DNA of 37,708 nucleotides from Flavobacteriales bacterium (GTDB lineage: Bacteria; Bacteroidota; Bacteroidia; Flavobacteriales; BACL11), in the NCBI GenBank assembly GCA_002683775.1, contig NYTT01000067.1, positions 1-37,708 of the forward strand, read 5' to 3'. The position numbers and the translations under genes were made by a program. Positions 18,185-27,097 of this stretch are shown piece by piece (position 1 is the stretch's first letter; each line of letters starts with the position of its first letter). Under the pieces are notes generated by a model. It was given only the letters and a program-made list of their open reading frames with translations, did no database searches and had not been told where the DNA came from.

Positions 18185-20950
18185 ATGAAAACTAAAAAAA
18201 AGTTGTTTCTTTTAGATGGGTTTGCACTTATTTATAGAGCTTATTTTGCTTTTGTAAAAAATCCAAGAATTAATTCTAATGGACTTGAGACCTCAGCTAT
18301 TTTAGGTTTTACAAATACTTTAATTGAAGTTATACGCAAGGAAAAACCAACACATATTGCAGTAGTTTTTGACAGAAGCACTCCTACCGCAAGACATGTT
18401 GAGTATCCGCAATACAAAGCTCACAGAGATGCTATGCCAGATGGCATCAAAGACGCATTGCCATTCATTGATAAATTGTTAGATGCTTTTAATATCCCTA
18501 AACTATATAAAGATGGCTATGAAGCAGATGATGTAATAGGCACATTAGCTAAGAAAGCCGAGAAAAAAGGATTCGTTACATACATGATGACTTCTGATAA
18601 AGATTTTGCTCAATTAGTTTCAGAAAATATCTTTATGTATAGGCCAGGTACAAAATGGGCACCTACGAGCATATGGGGAATCCCTGAAGTACTGGAAAAA
18701 TTTCAAATTTCAAGAGTTGATCAGGTAATAGATTTTTTAGGAATGATGGGAGATTCTGCTGATAATATTCCTGGAATTTCTGGTGTAGGAAAAAAAACTG
18801 CTCAAAAATTTCTTAAACAGTTTGATTCAATGGAAGGTTTATTTGATAACTCGCATACTCTTAAAGGTAAAATTAAAGAGACTGTAGAGTCTTCAAAAGA
18901 AATTGGATTATTATGTAAAAAACTGGTTACAATAATTTTAGATGTTCCTATCGAATTTGATGAGGAAATTTTAAAATATCAACAATTAGATATTACAAAA
19001 ATCACAAATCTTTTTGAAGAGTTAGAGTTTAAAACTCTTTTAAAAAGAATAATTGAGAATAATCAATCTTCAGACAATTCAATTGAAACCACAAATTTTA
19101 ATGAGAAAAACAAACCATCATCATCTCAATTTGACTTATTTTCAGAATCTGTTTCAAACTCTAAGAATGAATCTGTAAACAATAAGTTTATTTTTCTTGA
19201 CGATCAAAAGTTACTATCAGAACTAATTTCTGAGATTAAAAAAATAAAAGAGTTTTCTTTTCATTTAATAACAAATACTGCTAATCCACTCTTAACTCAA
19301 ATTGTTGGTATTGCTATTAGTTTTCGAAATGAAGAAGGTTATTACTTGCCTTTTAACTCGTCAAGTATAACTATTTGTAAAGAAATTTTTGGAAATCCTG
19401 AAATTAAGATTATTGGCTTTGATTTAAAATTCTCAATCAAAGCCTTACATCGTCATGGTATTTTTTTAAAAGGGAATTTGTTTGATGTACAGATATCACA
19501 TTATTTATTACACCCTGATAGAAGACACACGTTACAATTAATTTCTGAAAATTATCTGTCATCTCAGATAATTGAAAGAACAAGTATTTTAGGAAAAGGT
19601 AAGGATAGTCAATTATTTTCTGATATAAATAGAGATTTGGTTACTAGTTATGCCTGCCAACATTCACTTAATATTTTTATGTTATCCAAAATTTTGTTTA
19701 AAGAAATGACGGATAACAATTTAGCAGATCTGTTTGAAAACATCGAAATCCCTTTAACTTATGTTCTAGCAAATATGGAAATAGAAGGTATTGCACTTGA
19801 TGTAGCTATGCTTAAAAACTATAGCATTAAACTTACTGATGATTTAGAACTAATCACATCTACTATACATGAAATGGCTGGAGAAAACTTTAATATATCG
19901 TCTCCAAAACAAATGGGGGAATTATTATTTGAAAAGATGTCACTCAGCAAAAAACCTAAGAAAACCAAATCGGGCCAATATTCAACTTCAGAAGAAATAC
20001 TTCTTAAGCTAAAGGATATACATCCAATAATTGGTAAGATTTTGTCTTACAGAGCTATCAAAAAATTACTTTCTACGTATGTTGATGCACTTCCTAATTT
20101 AGTTAATATTAATACTAATAGAATCCATACTACTTTTAATCAATCTGTAGCTTCAACAGGAAGATTATCTTCAGTTAATCCAAATATTCAAAATATACCA
20201 ATTCGCACTGACTTAGGTATGAAAGTTCGTGAAGCTTTTATTCCAAGAAATCTTAATTTCACCTTGATAGCAGCAGATTACTCACAAATTGAGCTTAGAA
20301 TAATGGCTTCTTTAAGTAATGATAAAGGAATGCTAAATGCATTTATCAATGGAATTGATATTCATTCTGCTACAGCAGCTAAAGTATATAATGTTCCATT
20401 AGAAGATGTTGATAGAATTATGCGTTCAAATGCAAAGTCAGTTAATTTTGGTATAATTTATGGGATATCTGCATTTGGACTATCTCAAAATATTGGAATA
20501 AGTAGAAAAGAGGCACAGGAAATTATTGACAGTTATTTCGATCAATTTCCACAGGTTAAAGAATACATGAACTGGTCAATAAACCAGGCAAGAGAAAAAG
20601 AATATGTTGAGACTGTAATGGGAAGAAGAAGATACCTTAAAGATATTAATGCAAGAAATGGAATGATAAGGGCTATGGCAGAAAGAAATGCAATAAATGC
20701 GCCTATACAGGGCTCAGCAGCTGATATTATTAAGATTGCTATGATAAATATTAGTAAAGAAATGGAAAAACGTGAAATGCAATCTAAAATGTTATTACAA
20801 GTGCATGATGAATTAGTTTTTGATGCGCATATATCAGAAGTTGAGGAATTAACATCTCTAATAAAGGATAAAATGGAGAATGCCGTCAAACTTCTTGTAC
20901 CATTAACTGTAGAAATTGGCAAAGGTTCGAACTGGCTACAAGCTCATTAA
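18185..20950 (+). CDS. polA: DNA polymerase I (5' nuclease + degenerate 3'-5' exonuclease + polymerase domains)
   Basis: 5' nuclease motifs: LLDGFALIYRAYFA, GYEADDVIGT, GDSADNIPGISGVGKKTA. Polymerase motifs A (DYSQIELRI), B (RSNAKSVNFGIIYG) and C (QVHDEL). Start taken at the ATG at 18185 (MKTKKKLFLLDG). Confidence 0.93.
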   Translation: MKTKKKLFLLDGFALIYRAYFAFVKNPRINSNGLETSAILGFTNTLIEVIRKEKPTHIAVVFDRSTPTARHVEYPQYKAHRDAMPDGIKDALPFIDKLLDAFNIPKLYKDGYEADDVIGTLAKKAEKKGFVTYMMTSDKDFAQLVSENIFMYRPGTKWAPTSIWGIPEVLEKFQISRVDQVIDFLGMMGDSADNIPGISGVGKKTAQKFLKQFDSMEGLFDNSHTLKGKIKETVESSKEIGLLCKKLVTIILDVPIEFDEEILKYQQLDITKITNLFEELEFKTLLKRIIENNQSSDNSIETTNFNEKNKPSSSQFDLFSESVSNSKNESVNNKFIFLDDQKLLSELISEIKKIKEFSFHLITNTANPLLTQIVGIAISFRNEEGYYLPFNSSSITICKEIFGNPEIKIIGFDLKFSIKALHRHGIFLKGNLFDVQISHYLLHPDRRHTLQLISENYLSSQIIERTSILGKGKDSQLFSDINRDLVTSYACQHSLNIFMLSKILFKEMTDNNLADLFENIEIPLTYVLANMEIEGIALDVAMLKNYSIKLTDDLELITSTIHEMAGENFNISSPKQMGELLFEKMSLSKKPKKTKSGQYSTSEEILLKLKDIHPIIGKILSYRAIKKLLSTYVDALPNLVNINTNRIHTTFNQSVASTGRLSSVNPNIQNIPIRTDLGMKVREAFIPRNLNFTLIAADYSQIELRIMASLSNDKGMLNAFINGIDIHSATAAKVYNVPLEDVDRIMRSNAKSVNFGIIYGISAFGLSQNIGISRKEAQEIIDSYFDQFPQVKEYMNWSINQAREKEYVETVMGRRRYLKDINARNGMIRAMAERNAINAPIQGSAADIIKIAMINISKEMEKREMQSKMLLQVHDELVFDAHISEVEELTSLIKDKMENAVKLLVPLTVEIGKGSNWLQAH

Positions 20951-21162
20951 TTTTGCTTTTTGATAAATAGTATATAAAGTAAAATAAAAGCAATTACTCC
21001 TATAAATGCTGGTCCTGCATTTTGAATATTTCCAATTGGATCCCAACCAAGTATTTTTTCATCTATTAATAATTGTATAATAACTCCTAGGCATAAAAAC
21101 TGTATGCCAATAGAAATAGCAGATTTTAATAATTTTTGAAGATTAGCAAATAGATTGTTCAT
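20947..21162 (-). CDS. Small hypothetical two-helix membrane protein (71 aa)
   Basis: ATG start, two hydrophobic helices. Shows sequence resemblance to the neighbouring 86-aa ORF. Overlaps the polA stop by 4 nt (convergent). Confidence 0.5.
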   Translation of the reverse strand: MNNLFANLQKLLKSAISIGIQFLCLGVIIQLLIDEKILGWDPIGNIQNAGPAFIGVIAFILLYILFIKKQN

Positions 21163-21197
21163 TTAATTTGAAATTTATGTAAATATATAAAATAAAA

Positions 21198-21221
21198 ATA
21201 GCCCTGCTTAAGCAGGGCTAT
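21198..21221 (-). terminator. Rho-independent terminator hairpin downstream of the 86-aa ORF
   Basis: ATAGCCCTGC-TTAA-GCAGGGCTAT is a perfect 10-bp stem and the only GC-rich hairpin in the window. On the minus strand it is followed by TTTTTATTTT. It lies 26 nt after the stop at 21247. Confidence 0.75.
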
Positions 21222-21246
21222 TTTATTAAAAAAACATTTATTTATT

Positions 21247-21507
21247 TTACTTTGATGTTAGTAGGTTAAATAAAATAACTAGACCAACTAGACCTGCAAA
21301 TCCAGCACTTCCTAGCCCATTAATAACTGCCATTATGTTGTCAATAACAGAAATCCCCATAAGAGCTCCTCCTCCGTAAAGGATTTCAACTGCTATACCA
21401 AGACCTAAAACTGTCATGATTAAACCTGTTAGTCCTTTAAAGAACCCGTTCATGTACTTAAATACTCCTTCCATAATTTTATTTAATTTGGTTAATACTG
21501 ATGCCAA
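21247..21507 (-). CDS. Small hypothetical Gly-rich membrane protein (86 aa from the TTG start, or 75 aa from the ATG at 21474)
   Basis: Two Gly-zipper-like helices (GLGIAVEILYGGGALMG, GLGSAGFAGLVGLV). Followed by a strong terminator. Start is ambiguous because a TAAGTTTG box at 21505-21512 overlaps the TTG start. Confidence 0.55.
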   Translation of the reverse strand: MASVLTKLNKIMEGVFKYMNGFFKGLTGLIMTVLGLGIAVEILYGGGALMGISVIDNIMAVINGLGSAGFAGLVGLVILFNLLTSK

Positions 21508-21512
21508 ACTTA
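21505..21512 (-). promoter_or_regulatory. -7 promoter box TAAGTTTG upstream of the small membrane protein gene
   Basis: Exact TAnnTTTG on the minus strand, 30 nt upstream of the internal ATG at 21474. Overlaps the TTG used by the ORF track. Confidence 0.35.
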
Positions 21513-21770
21513 GAATATAATTTGCTTGAAACTAAATAGTTGCAATAAAATATTATTTAAATTGTTTTAAAGTGAATTTCTATATGTAATGTATTTTAAG
21601 ATATTTAAAATACTGATTTTCAAGTGATTAAATTTAATATATTGATTATCAAGCTAATATATTTCGTTAGTTTTTAAACATAAAATTGTTAAAAATTACA
21701 GATGCTTATAAATTATTGATAATTAATGTTTTAAGATAGTTTTAGTTAAAAAATATATGTTTAGAAGAGT

Positions 21771-22475
21771 CTAAATTGATATATCTCTAAGAAAAAGTAT
21801 TTTTTGACTGAATTTGTCTTTGTTTTTTATGACATAATAGAATTTTTCAGCAATTTTATCAGCATCTTCAAGTTCATTATCTTCATGATATTTAATAAAT
21901 CTATCTAGCATAGGAAATAGCTTCCCATCTGTTTCTCTTATTGATTTTTGCATTGATGTATCAACAATACCTGGATGAATTGAAAAAACATTTAATTTTT
22001 CATGTGTTTCTTCTGATAGAACAGTAGTTAATCTGTCTAGTGCAGATTTTGTTGCACAATATGTACTCCATGATGGAATATCTGATTTTGCAGCACCTGA
22101 ACTAACATTTATAATAGTTTTCTTATTTTTTTTAAAAATATTAATAAATATAGAACATAATAAAGTTGGCGTAATGATATTTAAGTTATAATCCTTTATA
22201 ATTGTACTAGAATTTTTTAGATGTAATGGCATAATTTCACCAAGATTGGCAGCGTTATTTATAAGTAATACATCATCTTTATGTGCGCTGGGAAAAGTAA
22301 TATTCTGAACTTCTTTCAAATTTGACAAATCGATTTTTACATGCGTAAAATTAGGATGACTAATTGTGTTTGTTCTTGAATAGCCGATTACAGAATAATT
22401 TTCTTTTAGTAAAAGAAGCGTAAGCGCTTTACCTATCCCCTTGCTAGAACCAGTAATAAATGCAGTTTTCCCCAT
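21771..22475 (-). CDS. SDR-family NAD(P)-dependent oxidoreductase
   Basis: TGSSKGIG Rossmann motif, NNAA, and a Ser...YxxxK catalytic context (SSGAAKSD..., YCATKSA). Its start codon abuts the stop of the upstream PLP enzyme gene. Confidence 0.8.
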   Translation of the reverse strand: MGKTAFITGSSKGIGKALTLLLLKENYSVIGYSRTNTISHPNFTHVKIDLSNLKEVQNITFPSAHKDDVLLINNAANLGEIMPLHLKNSSTIIKDYNLNIITPTLLCSIFINIFKKNKKTIINVSSGAAKSDIPSWSTYCATKSALDRLTTVLSEETHEKLNVFSIHPGIVDTSMQKSIRETDGKLFPMLDRFIKYHEDNELEDADKIAEKFYYVIKNKDKFSQKILFLRDISI

Positions 22476-23621
22476 TTATATTTTTGAAAGTGCTTGTTCT
22501 AAATCATTTACTAAATCGTTAATATCTTCTATTCCAACACTTAATCTAATTAAAGAATCGACTACACCTGTTTTCTCTCTTTCTATTTTAGGAATGGCTG
22601 CATGAGTCATACTTGCAGGATGTCCACACAAAGATTCTACTCCACCTAAACTTTCTGCAAGAGTGAAGTAATGTGTATTGGAAACTACTGTAATTGCATC
22701 GTTTAAATTGTTTCCTATTAAGTTAAAAGAAATCATACCACCAAAATTATCCATTTGATTTTTTGCAACAGAATAATTTGGATGTGTTTTTAACCCAGGC
22801 CAGTAAACTTTATCAACTTTAGGATGGTTATTTAAAAATGTTGCAATTTCTTTTCCATTCTCACAATGTCTTTGCATTCTTATGTGTAAGGTTTTTATAC
22901 CTCTTAAAACTAAAAAAGAATCCATTGGCCCTGGAACAGCTCCGCACGAATTTTGAATGAAGAATAATTTTTCTGCAATTGCATCATCCTTGCAGATTGC
23001 TGCGCCCATAACTACATCAGAATGACCTCCCATGTACTTTGTTAAAGAATGCATTACAATATCAGCACCTAAATCTAAAGGGCGTTGTAAAAAAGGTGTT
23101 GCAAATGTATTATCAACTACTAATGTAAGTTTATTCTTCTTTGAAATTATACTTAATGCTTTAATATCTATAATATTAAGCATTGGATTTGTTGGAGTTT
23201 CAGCCCAAATCATTTTAGTTTTACTGTTTATATATGAATCTAAGTTGCTTATGTTTTCCATACCGACAAAATGAAATTTAATTCCAAAATTTTCAAAAAC
23301 TTTTGTAAAAATTCGGTATGTACCTCCGTATAGATCATTTGTTGATATAACTTCGTCTCCAGGAGATAATAGTTTAATTATTGCATCAACTGCTGCTAAA
23401 CCTGATCCAAAACATAACCCGTGCTTTCCATTTTCAAGTGCTGCAATATTTTTCTCTAATGTATTTCTAGTGGGATTACCTGTTCTGGAATATTCAAAGC
23501 CTTTATGATCTCCAGGGCTTTTTTGAATGTAAGTTGAAGTTTGATAAATTGGAGTCATGATAGCTCCTGTTGTTGGGTCTGCTGTTTGACCGGCATGTAT
23601 AGTTTTAGTTCCGAATTTCAT
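22476..23621 (-). CDS. PLP-dependent trans-sulfuration enzyme (cystathionine gamma-synthase / beta- or gamma-lyase family)
   Basis: 381 aa. Cys/Met-metabolism PLP family: [27 protein letters not shown] (PLP lysine), SLGGVESL. Confidence 0.85.
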   Translation of the reverse strand: MKFGTKTIHAGQTADPTTGAIMTPIYQTSTYIQKSPGDHKGFEYSRTGNPTRNTLEKNIAALENGKHGLCFGSGLAAVDAIIKLLSPGDEVISTNDLYGGTYRIFTKVFENFGIKFHFVGMENISNLDSYINSKTKMIWAETPTNPMLNIIDIKALSIISKKNKLTLVVDNTFATPFLQRPLDLGADIVMHSLTKYMGGHSDVVMGAAICKDDAIAEKLFFIQNSCGAVPGPMDSFLVLRGIKTLHIRMQRHCENGKEIATFLNNHPKVDKVYWPGLKTHPNYSVAKNQMDNFGGMISFNLIGNNLNDAITVVSNTHYFTLAESLGGVESLCGHPASMTHAAIPKIEREKTGVVDSLIRLSVGIEDINDLVNDLEQALSKI

Positions 23622-23639
23622 TTTATAGTATTATTAAAA

Positions 23640-23647
23640 CAAAAGTA
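23640..23647 (-). promoter_or_regulatory. -7 promoter box TACTTTTG for the trans-sulfuration/SDR unit
   Basis: Exact TAnnTTTG on the minus strand, 18 nt upstream of the ATG at 23621. Confidence 0.4.
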
Positions 23648-23670
23648 TTAAAAGTTGGCTCAATAAATTT

Positions 23671-23678
23671 TACTTTTG
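23671..23678 (+). promoter_or_regulatory. -7 promoter box TACTTTTG for the EamA transporter gene
   Basis: Exact TAnnTTTG, 17 nt upstream of the TTG start at 23696. Confidence 0.4.
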
Positions 23679-23695
23679 TTAAATAATAATTTCAA

Positions 23696-24601
23696 TTGAA
23701 TAAAATTCTTAAAGCTCATATTTCATTATTAATAGCAAATTTAATTTATGCATTAAATTTCACTATAGCAAAGGATGTTATGCCTAATTTTATTTTGCCA
23801 TCTGCCTTTATTTTGTTGAGAGTAATGGGGGCATTATTTTTGTTTTCATTTTCATACTTTATATTTTTTTTTCAAAAAATAGAACTTAAAGATATTTTAC
23901 GCTTTGCGATATGTGGTTTATTTGGTGTAGCAATAAATCAACTCTTTTTTTTTGAGGGGTTAAATTTAACAACACCAATTAATGCAGCCATAGTTATGAC
24001 TACTAATCCAATATTAGTAATGCTACTTTCTTTTATAATAGTTAAAGAAGCTATTTCTTTTAAAAAGATTCTTGGTATAACTTTAGGATTTATAGGTGCA
24101 TCTACATTAATTTTAAGCGATGGAGCTATTGATTTATCTTCTAATAATTCAACCGGAAATTTATTTGTTTTTATTAATGCTACAAGCTATGGTTTATATT
24201 TAGTTATCGTTAAGCCATTATTAAATAAATATCATCCATTGACAGTATTATTTTATGTGTTTGCTTTTGGTTTGTTATTTGTTTTACCATTTGGATACGA
24301 TGATTTAACAAATGTTAAGTGGGGAACTATACCTGTTAATATTTATTTAGAAATAATATTTGTAGTCGTATGTACTACATTTATTGCATACTTATTAAAT
24401 TCCTCTGCATTAAAAACACTTACTGCCTCTACTGTTAGCATTTATATATATTTACAGCCTATTCTAGCATCTCTTTTTGCAATATTTTTGGGCGCTGATT
24501 TTTTAGATGAAAAAAAGATTATAGCGTCAGTACTTATTTTTTCAGGTGTTTACTTAGTAAGTATCCGTCCTTCTGAGTCAATGAAACAGAAACTTTCCTA
24601 A
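23696..24601 (+). CDS. EamA/DMT-superfamily transporter
   Basis: 301 aa, ten hydrophobic helices in the two-repeat arrangement typical of EamA domains. TTG start as given by the ORF track. Confidence 0.75.
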   Translation: MNKILKAHISLLIANLIYALNFTIAKDVMPNFILPSAFILLRVMGALFLFSFSYFIFFFQKIELKDILRFAICGLFGVAINQLFFFEGLNLTTPINAAIVMTTNPILVMLLSFIIVKEAISFKKILGITLGFIGASTLILSDGAIDLSSNNSTGNLFVFINATSYGLYLVIVKPLLNKYHPLTVLFYVFAFGLLFVLPFGYDDLTNVKWGTIPVNIYLEIIFVVVCTTFIAYLLNSSALKTLTASTVSIYIYLQPILASLFAIFLGADFLDEKKIIASVLIFSGVYLVSIRPSESMKQKLS

Positions 24602-24606
24602 ATTTG
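24599..24606 (+). promoter_or_regulatory. -7 promoter box TAAATTTG for yicC-gmk-nadD
   Basis: Exact TAnnTTTG overlapping the EamA stop codon, 15 nt upstream of the ATG at 24622. Confidence 0.4.
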
Positions 24607-24621
24607 TAAAAATTTTACATA

Positions 24622-25521
24622 ATGATACAATCTATGACAGGCTATGGCAAAGCCGAAATCAATCTAGAAAAATCACATTTTACAATTGAAGTAAAATCTC
24701 TTAACTCAAAGCAGATAGATACGAATATCAAGATGATTTCAAGCTATAGAGATAAAGAGATAGAATTAAGAAAGTTATTATCTAAAAAATTGCATAGAGG
24801 AAAAATTGAACTTTCAATTTGGCGACAAAATATGGTATCTTCTACCAATCTTAGTCTGAATATCGAAGTTTTAAAAGATTATCATAACCAGATTTTACAA
24901 TTAAAAAATGACCTTGGCTTGAATAAGCAATCATATTTTAAAATGAGAGGCTATGAAGCAGATATACTACCTGCATTACTTAAGATGCCCGATGTTTTTG
25001 AGAAAGAAAAAGAGATAGCAAACAAAGATGAATGGCATAATATTAGTCAGGCTATAGATACTGCTATTTCTAATTTAGTGCAATACAGAATAGTGGAAGG
25101 AGAAAAATTAGAGCTAGATATTAAATCTAGAATCGATAAAATTGCTATTTTTTTAAAACGTATTATTCCTTTATCAGAAAAAAGAATAGAGAAAGTTAAA
25201 AATAATTTAACAAAAAAACTGTCTGAGATTGAAAGTAAATCCATTGATCAAAATAGATTCGAACAAGAGCTTATTTACTACTTAGAAAAACAGGATATTA
25301 CAGAAGAAAGAGTAAGATTAGATGCGCATTTAACTTATTTTATTACTTCTATGGATTCTAGCACACCTAATGGTAAAAAATTAGGATTTATATCTCAAGA
25401 AATAGGAAGAGAAATAAATACAATTGGCTCTAAATCTTCAGATGTTGAGATGCAAAAAATTGTAGTTCAAATGAAAGATGAATTAGAAAAAATTAAAGAA
25501 CAGCTATTAAATATTTTATAA
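24622..25521 (+). CDS. yicC: YicC/YloC-family protein
   Basis: MIQSMTGYGKAE N-terminus and C-terminal GKKLGFISQEIGREINTIGSK, both diagnostic of the YicC family. Its stop overlaps the gmk start by 1 nt (TAATG). Confidence 0.88.
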   Translation: MIQSMTGYGKAEINLEKSHFTIEVKSLNSKQIDTNIKMISSYRDKEIELRKLLSKKLHRGKIELSIWRQNMVSSTNLSLNIEVLKDYHNQILQLKNDLGLNKQSYFKMRGYEADILPALLKMPDVFEKEKEIANKDEWHNISQAIDTAISNLVQYRIVEGEKLELDIKSRIDKIAIFLKRIIPLSEKRIEKVKNNLTKKLSEIESKSIDQNRFEQELIYYLEKQDITEERVRLDAHLTYFITSMDSSTPNGKKLGFISQEIGREINTIGSKSSDVEMQKIVVQMKDELEKIKEQLLNIL

Positions 25522-26081
25522 TGTCAAAACTTATTGTGATTTCAGCGCCTTCTGGAGCAGGTAAAACTTCTATCGTTCATTTTTTATTAAAAAATCAAAA
25601 GAAGTTAACTTTCTCTATTTCGGCTACTAGTAGAGCGAAAAGAGAAAATGAAATCGATAAAAAAGATTATTATTTTCTTACTAATGAGGAGTTTAAAAAA
25701 AAAATTAAAGAAAATGATTTATTAGAATGGGAAGAAGTCTATGACAATCAATTTTATGGGACTTTAAAGTCTGAGATCTTAAGAATTACAGACAGTAATA
25801 AAATTGTAGTTTTTGACGTTGATGTAGCAGGCGCTTTGAATATTAAACAAAAATTTGGTCAAGATTGTCTAGCTATTTTTATTATGCCACCGTCATTAGA
25901 AATTTTACAAAAAAGGTTAAGTAATAGAGGATCGGAGAATGAAGACGCCCTCAACATAAGGTTAAATAAAGCCGAATCTGAAATTTCAAGAAATCTTGAA
26001 TTTGACAAAATAGTATTAAATGATGATTTTTCATTAGCTTGCAACGAAGTCTTATGTCTTGTTAATGATTTTATAAATTAA
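25521..26081 (+). CDS. gmk: Guanylate kinase
   Basis: 186 aa. P-loop SAPSGAGKTS, then SATSRAKRENE and YYFL. Confidence 0.9.
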   Translation: MSKLIVISAPSGAGKTSIVHFLLKNQKKLTFSISATSRAKRENEIDKKDYYFLTNEEFKKKIKENDLLEWEEVYDNQFYGTLKSEILRITDSNKIVVFDVDVAGALNIKQKFGQDCLAIFIMPPSLEILQKRLSNRGSENEDALNIRLNKAESEISRNLEFDKIVLNDDFSLACNEVLCLVNDFIN

Positions 26082-26084
26082 TAA

Positions 26085-26654
26085 ATGAAAGTTGGTTTAT
26101 TTTTCGGAAGTTTTAATCCAATGCATATTGGGCATAAAGTAATAGCTTCTTATTTAGCTGAATTTACTGACATAGAAAAGGTTATGCTTGTTGTATCACC
26201 TCAGAATCCGTTTAAAGCAAAAAAAACATTATTACATCAACATCATCGTTTAATGATAATTAAATCAGAAATTGAAAACAATAATAAATTGCTTGTCTCA
26301 GACATTGAATTTAGTATGCCTCAACCATCATATACAATTGATACTTTGGTTAGATTGAAGGAAAAAAACCCTGATGATGAATATGTAATAATTATTGGAT
26401 CAGATAATTTAAGGAATCTGCATAAATGGAAAAATTATTCTCAGATTATTTCAGATTTTAAAATTTATGTTTATCCAAGAAACGGATTTGATAATTACAC
26501 TGAGGATGAAAATATATATGTAATAAAAGATGTCCCTCAAATGGAAGTTTCTGCATCATTTATTAGAAATTCAATTAAATTAGGCAAAGATGTTTCATAT
26601 CTTGTACCAGAGAATGCATGGAAATATATTGATGAAATGAATTTTTACAGATGA
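26085..26654 (+). CDS. nadD: Nicotinate-nucleotide adenylyltransferase
   Basis: GLFFGSFNPMHIGH ((H/T)xGH nucleotidyltransferase motif), PSYTIDTL and a SASFIRNS (ISST-like) motif. Confidence 0.88.
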   Translation: MKVGLFFGSFNPMHIGHKVIASYLAEFTDIEKVMLVVSPQNPFKAKKTLLHQHHRLMIIKSEIENNNKLLVSDIEFSMPQPSYTIDTLVRLKEKNPDDEYVIIIGSDNLRNLHKWKNYSQIISDFKIYVYPRNGFDNYTEDENIYVIKDVPQMEVSASFIRNSIKLGKDVSYLVPENAWKYIDEMNFYR

Positions 26655-27046
26655 AAGTAACAAAAATTACTTTATTTTTTGTGATCGTAATTTTGCTATC
26701 TTCTTGTAAGATTGAATCTGAATCGTTGAATCTTAAACAACAATCGGAAACACAATTAAAAAATATAGCCGAAGATACATCTTCAAAAAACTATAAAGGT
26801 TGGTGGATTTATGGTGAAGGTCTTCATATCTTTAAAGATGAAGAATCACTCTTGGAGTACGAACTTGAATTTCCTAATGAAAATATTAAAGAATTAGAAA
26901 GGCTGTATTTAGCAGTATGTGAAATGGAATATTTTCCTATGGAATCTATGCTTGATGCTATAATGAAAATTGACTCCAGAAATAGCAAGAAAATTCTTGT
27001 GGTATATGATTTTGAAATTTTGTATGTTGAAGGTTGTGGAGAGTGA
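26651..27046 (+). CDS. Hypothetical lipoprotein (131 aa)
   Basis: Signal peptide ending in the lipobox LLSSC. The start overlaps the nadD stop (ATGA), suggesting translational coupling. No recognisable domain. Confidence 0.55.
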   Translation: MKVTKITLFFVIVILLSSCKIESESLNLKQQSETQLKNIAEDTSSKNYKGWWIYGEGLHIFKDEESLLEYELEFPNENIKELERLYLAVCEMEYFPMESMLDAIMKIDSRNSKKILVVYDFEILYVEGCGE

Positions 27047-27070
27047 ATTACAAATGTTTCATTGTTATTT

Positions 27071-27078
27071 TAACTTTG
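27071..27078 (+). promoter_or_regulatory. -7 promoter box TAACTTTG for the DEAD-box helicase gene
   Basis: Exact TAnnTTTG, 19 nt upstream of the ATG at 27098. Confidence 0.4.
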
Positions 27079-27097
27079 TATAATATTAAAAAATATT

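Noticed and set aside
20542-20922. 126-aa minus-strand ORF inside the polA polymerase domain.
   Set aside because: It is antisense to the conserved motifs B and C of Pol I, and its translation has no recognisable features. Treated as a shadow ORF.
23622-23695. Possible SAM or other riboswitch upstream of the trans-sulfuration enzyme gene.
   Set aside because: The -7 box lies only 18 nt from the ATG. That leaves no room for a structured leader, and the 74-bp region is fully accounted for by two divergent promoter boxes.
27052-27067. Small hairpin ACAAATG-TTT-CATTGT after the lipoprotein gene, considered as a possible terminator.
   Set aside because: The stem is only 4+2 bp with a bulge and is almost entirely A/T. 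That is too weak to call, although it is followed by a T-rich stretch.
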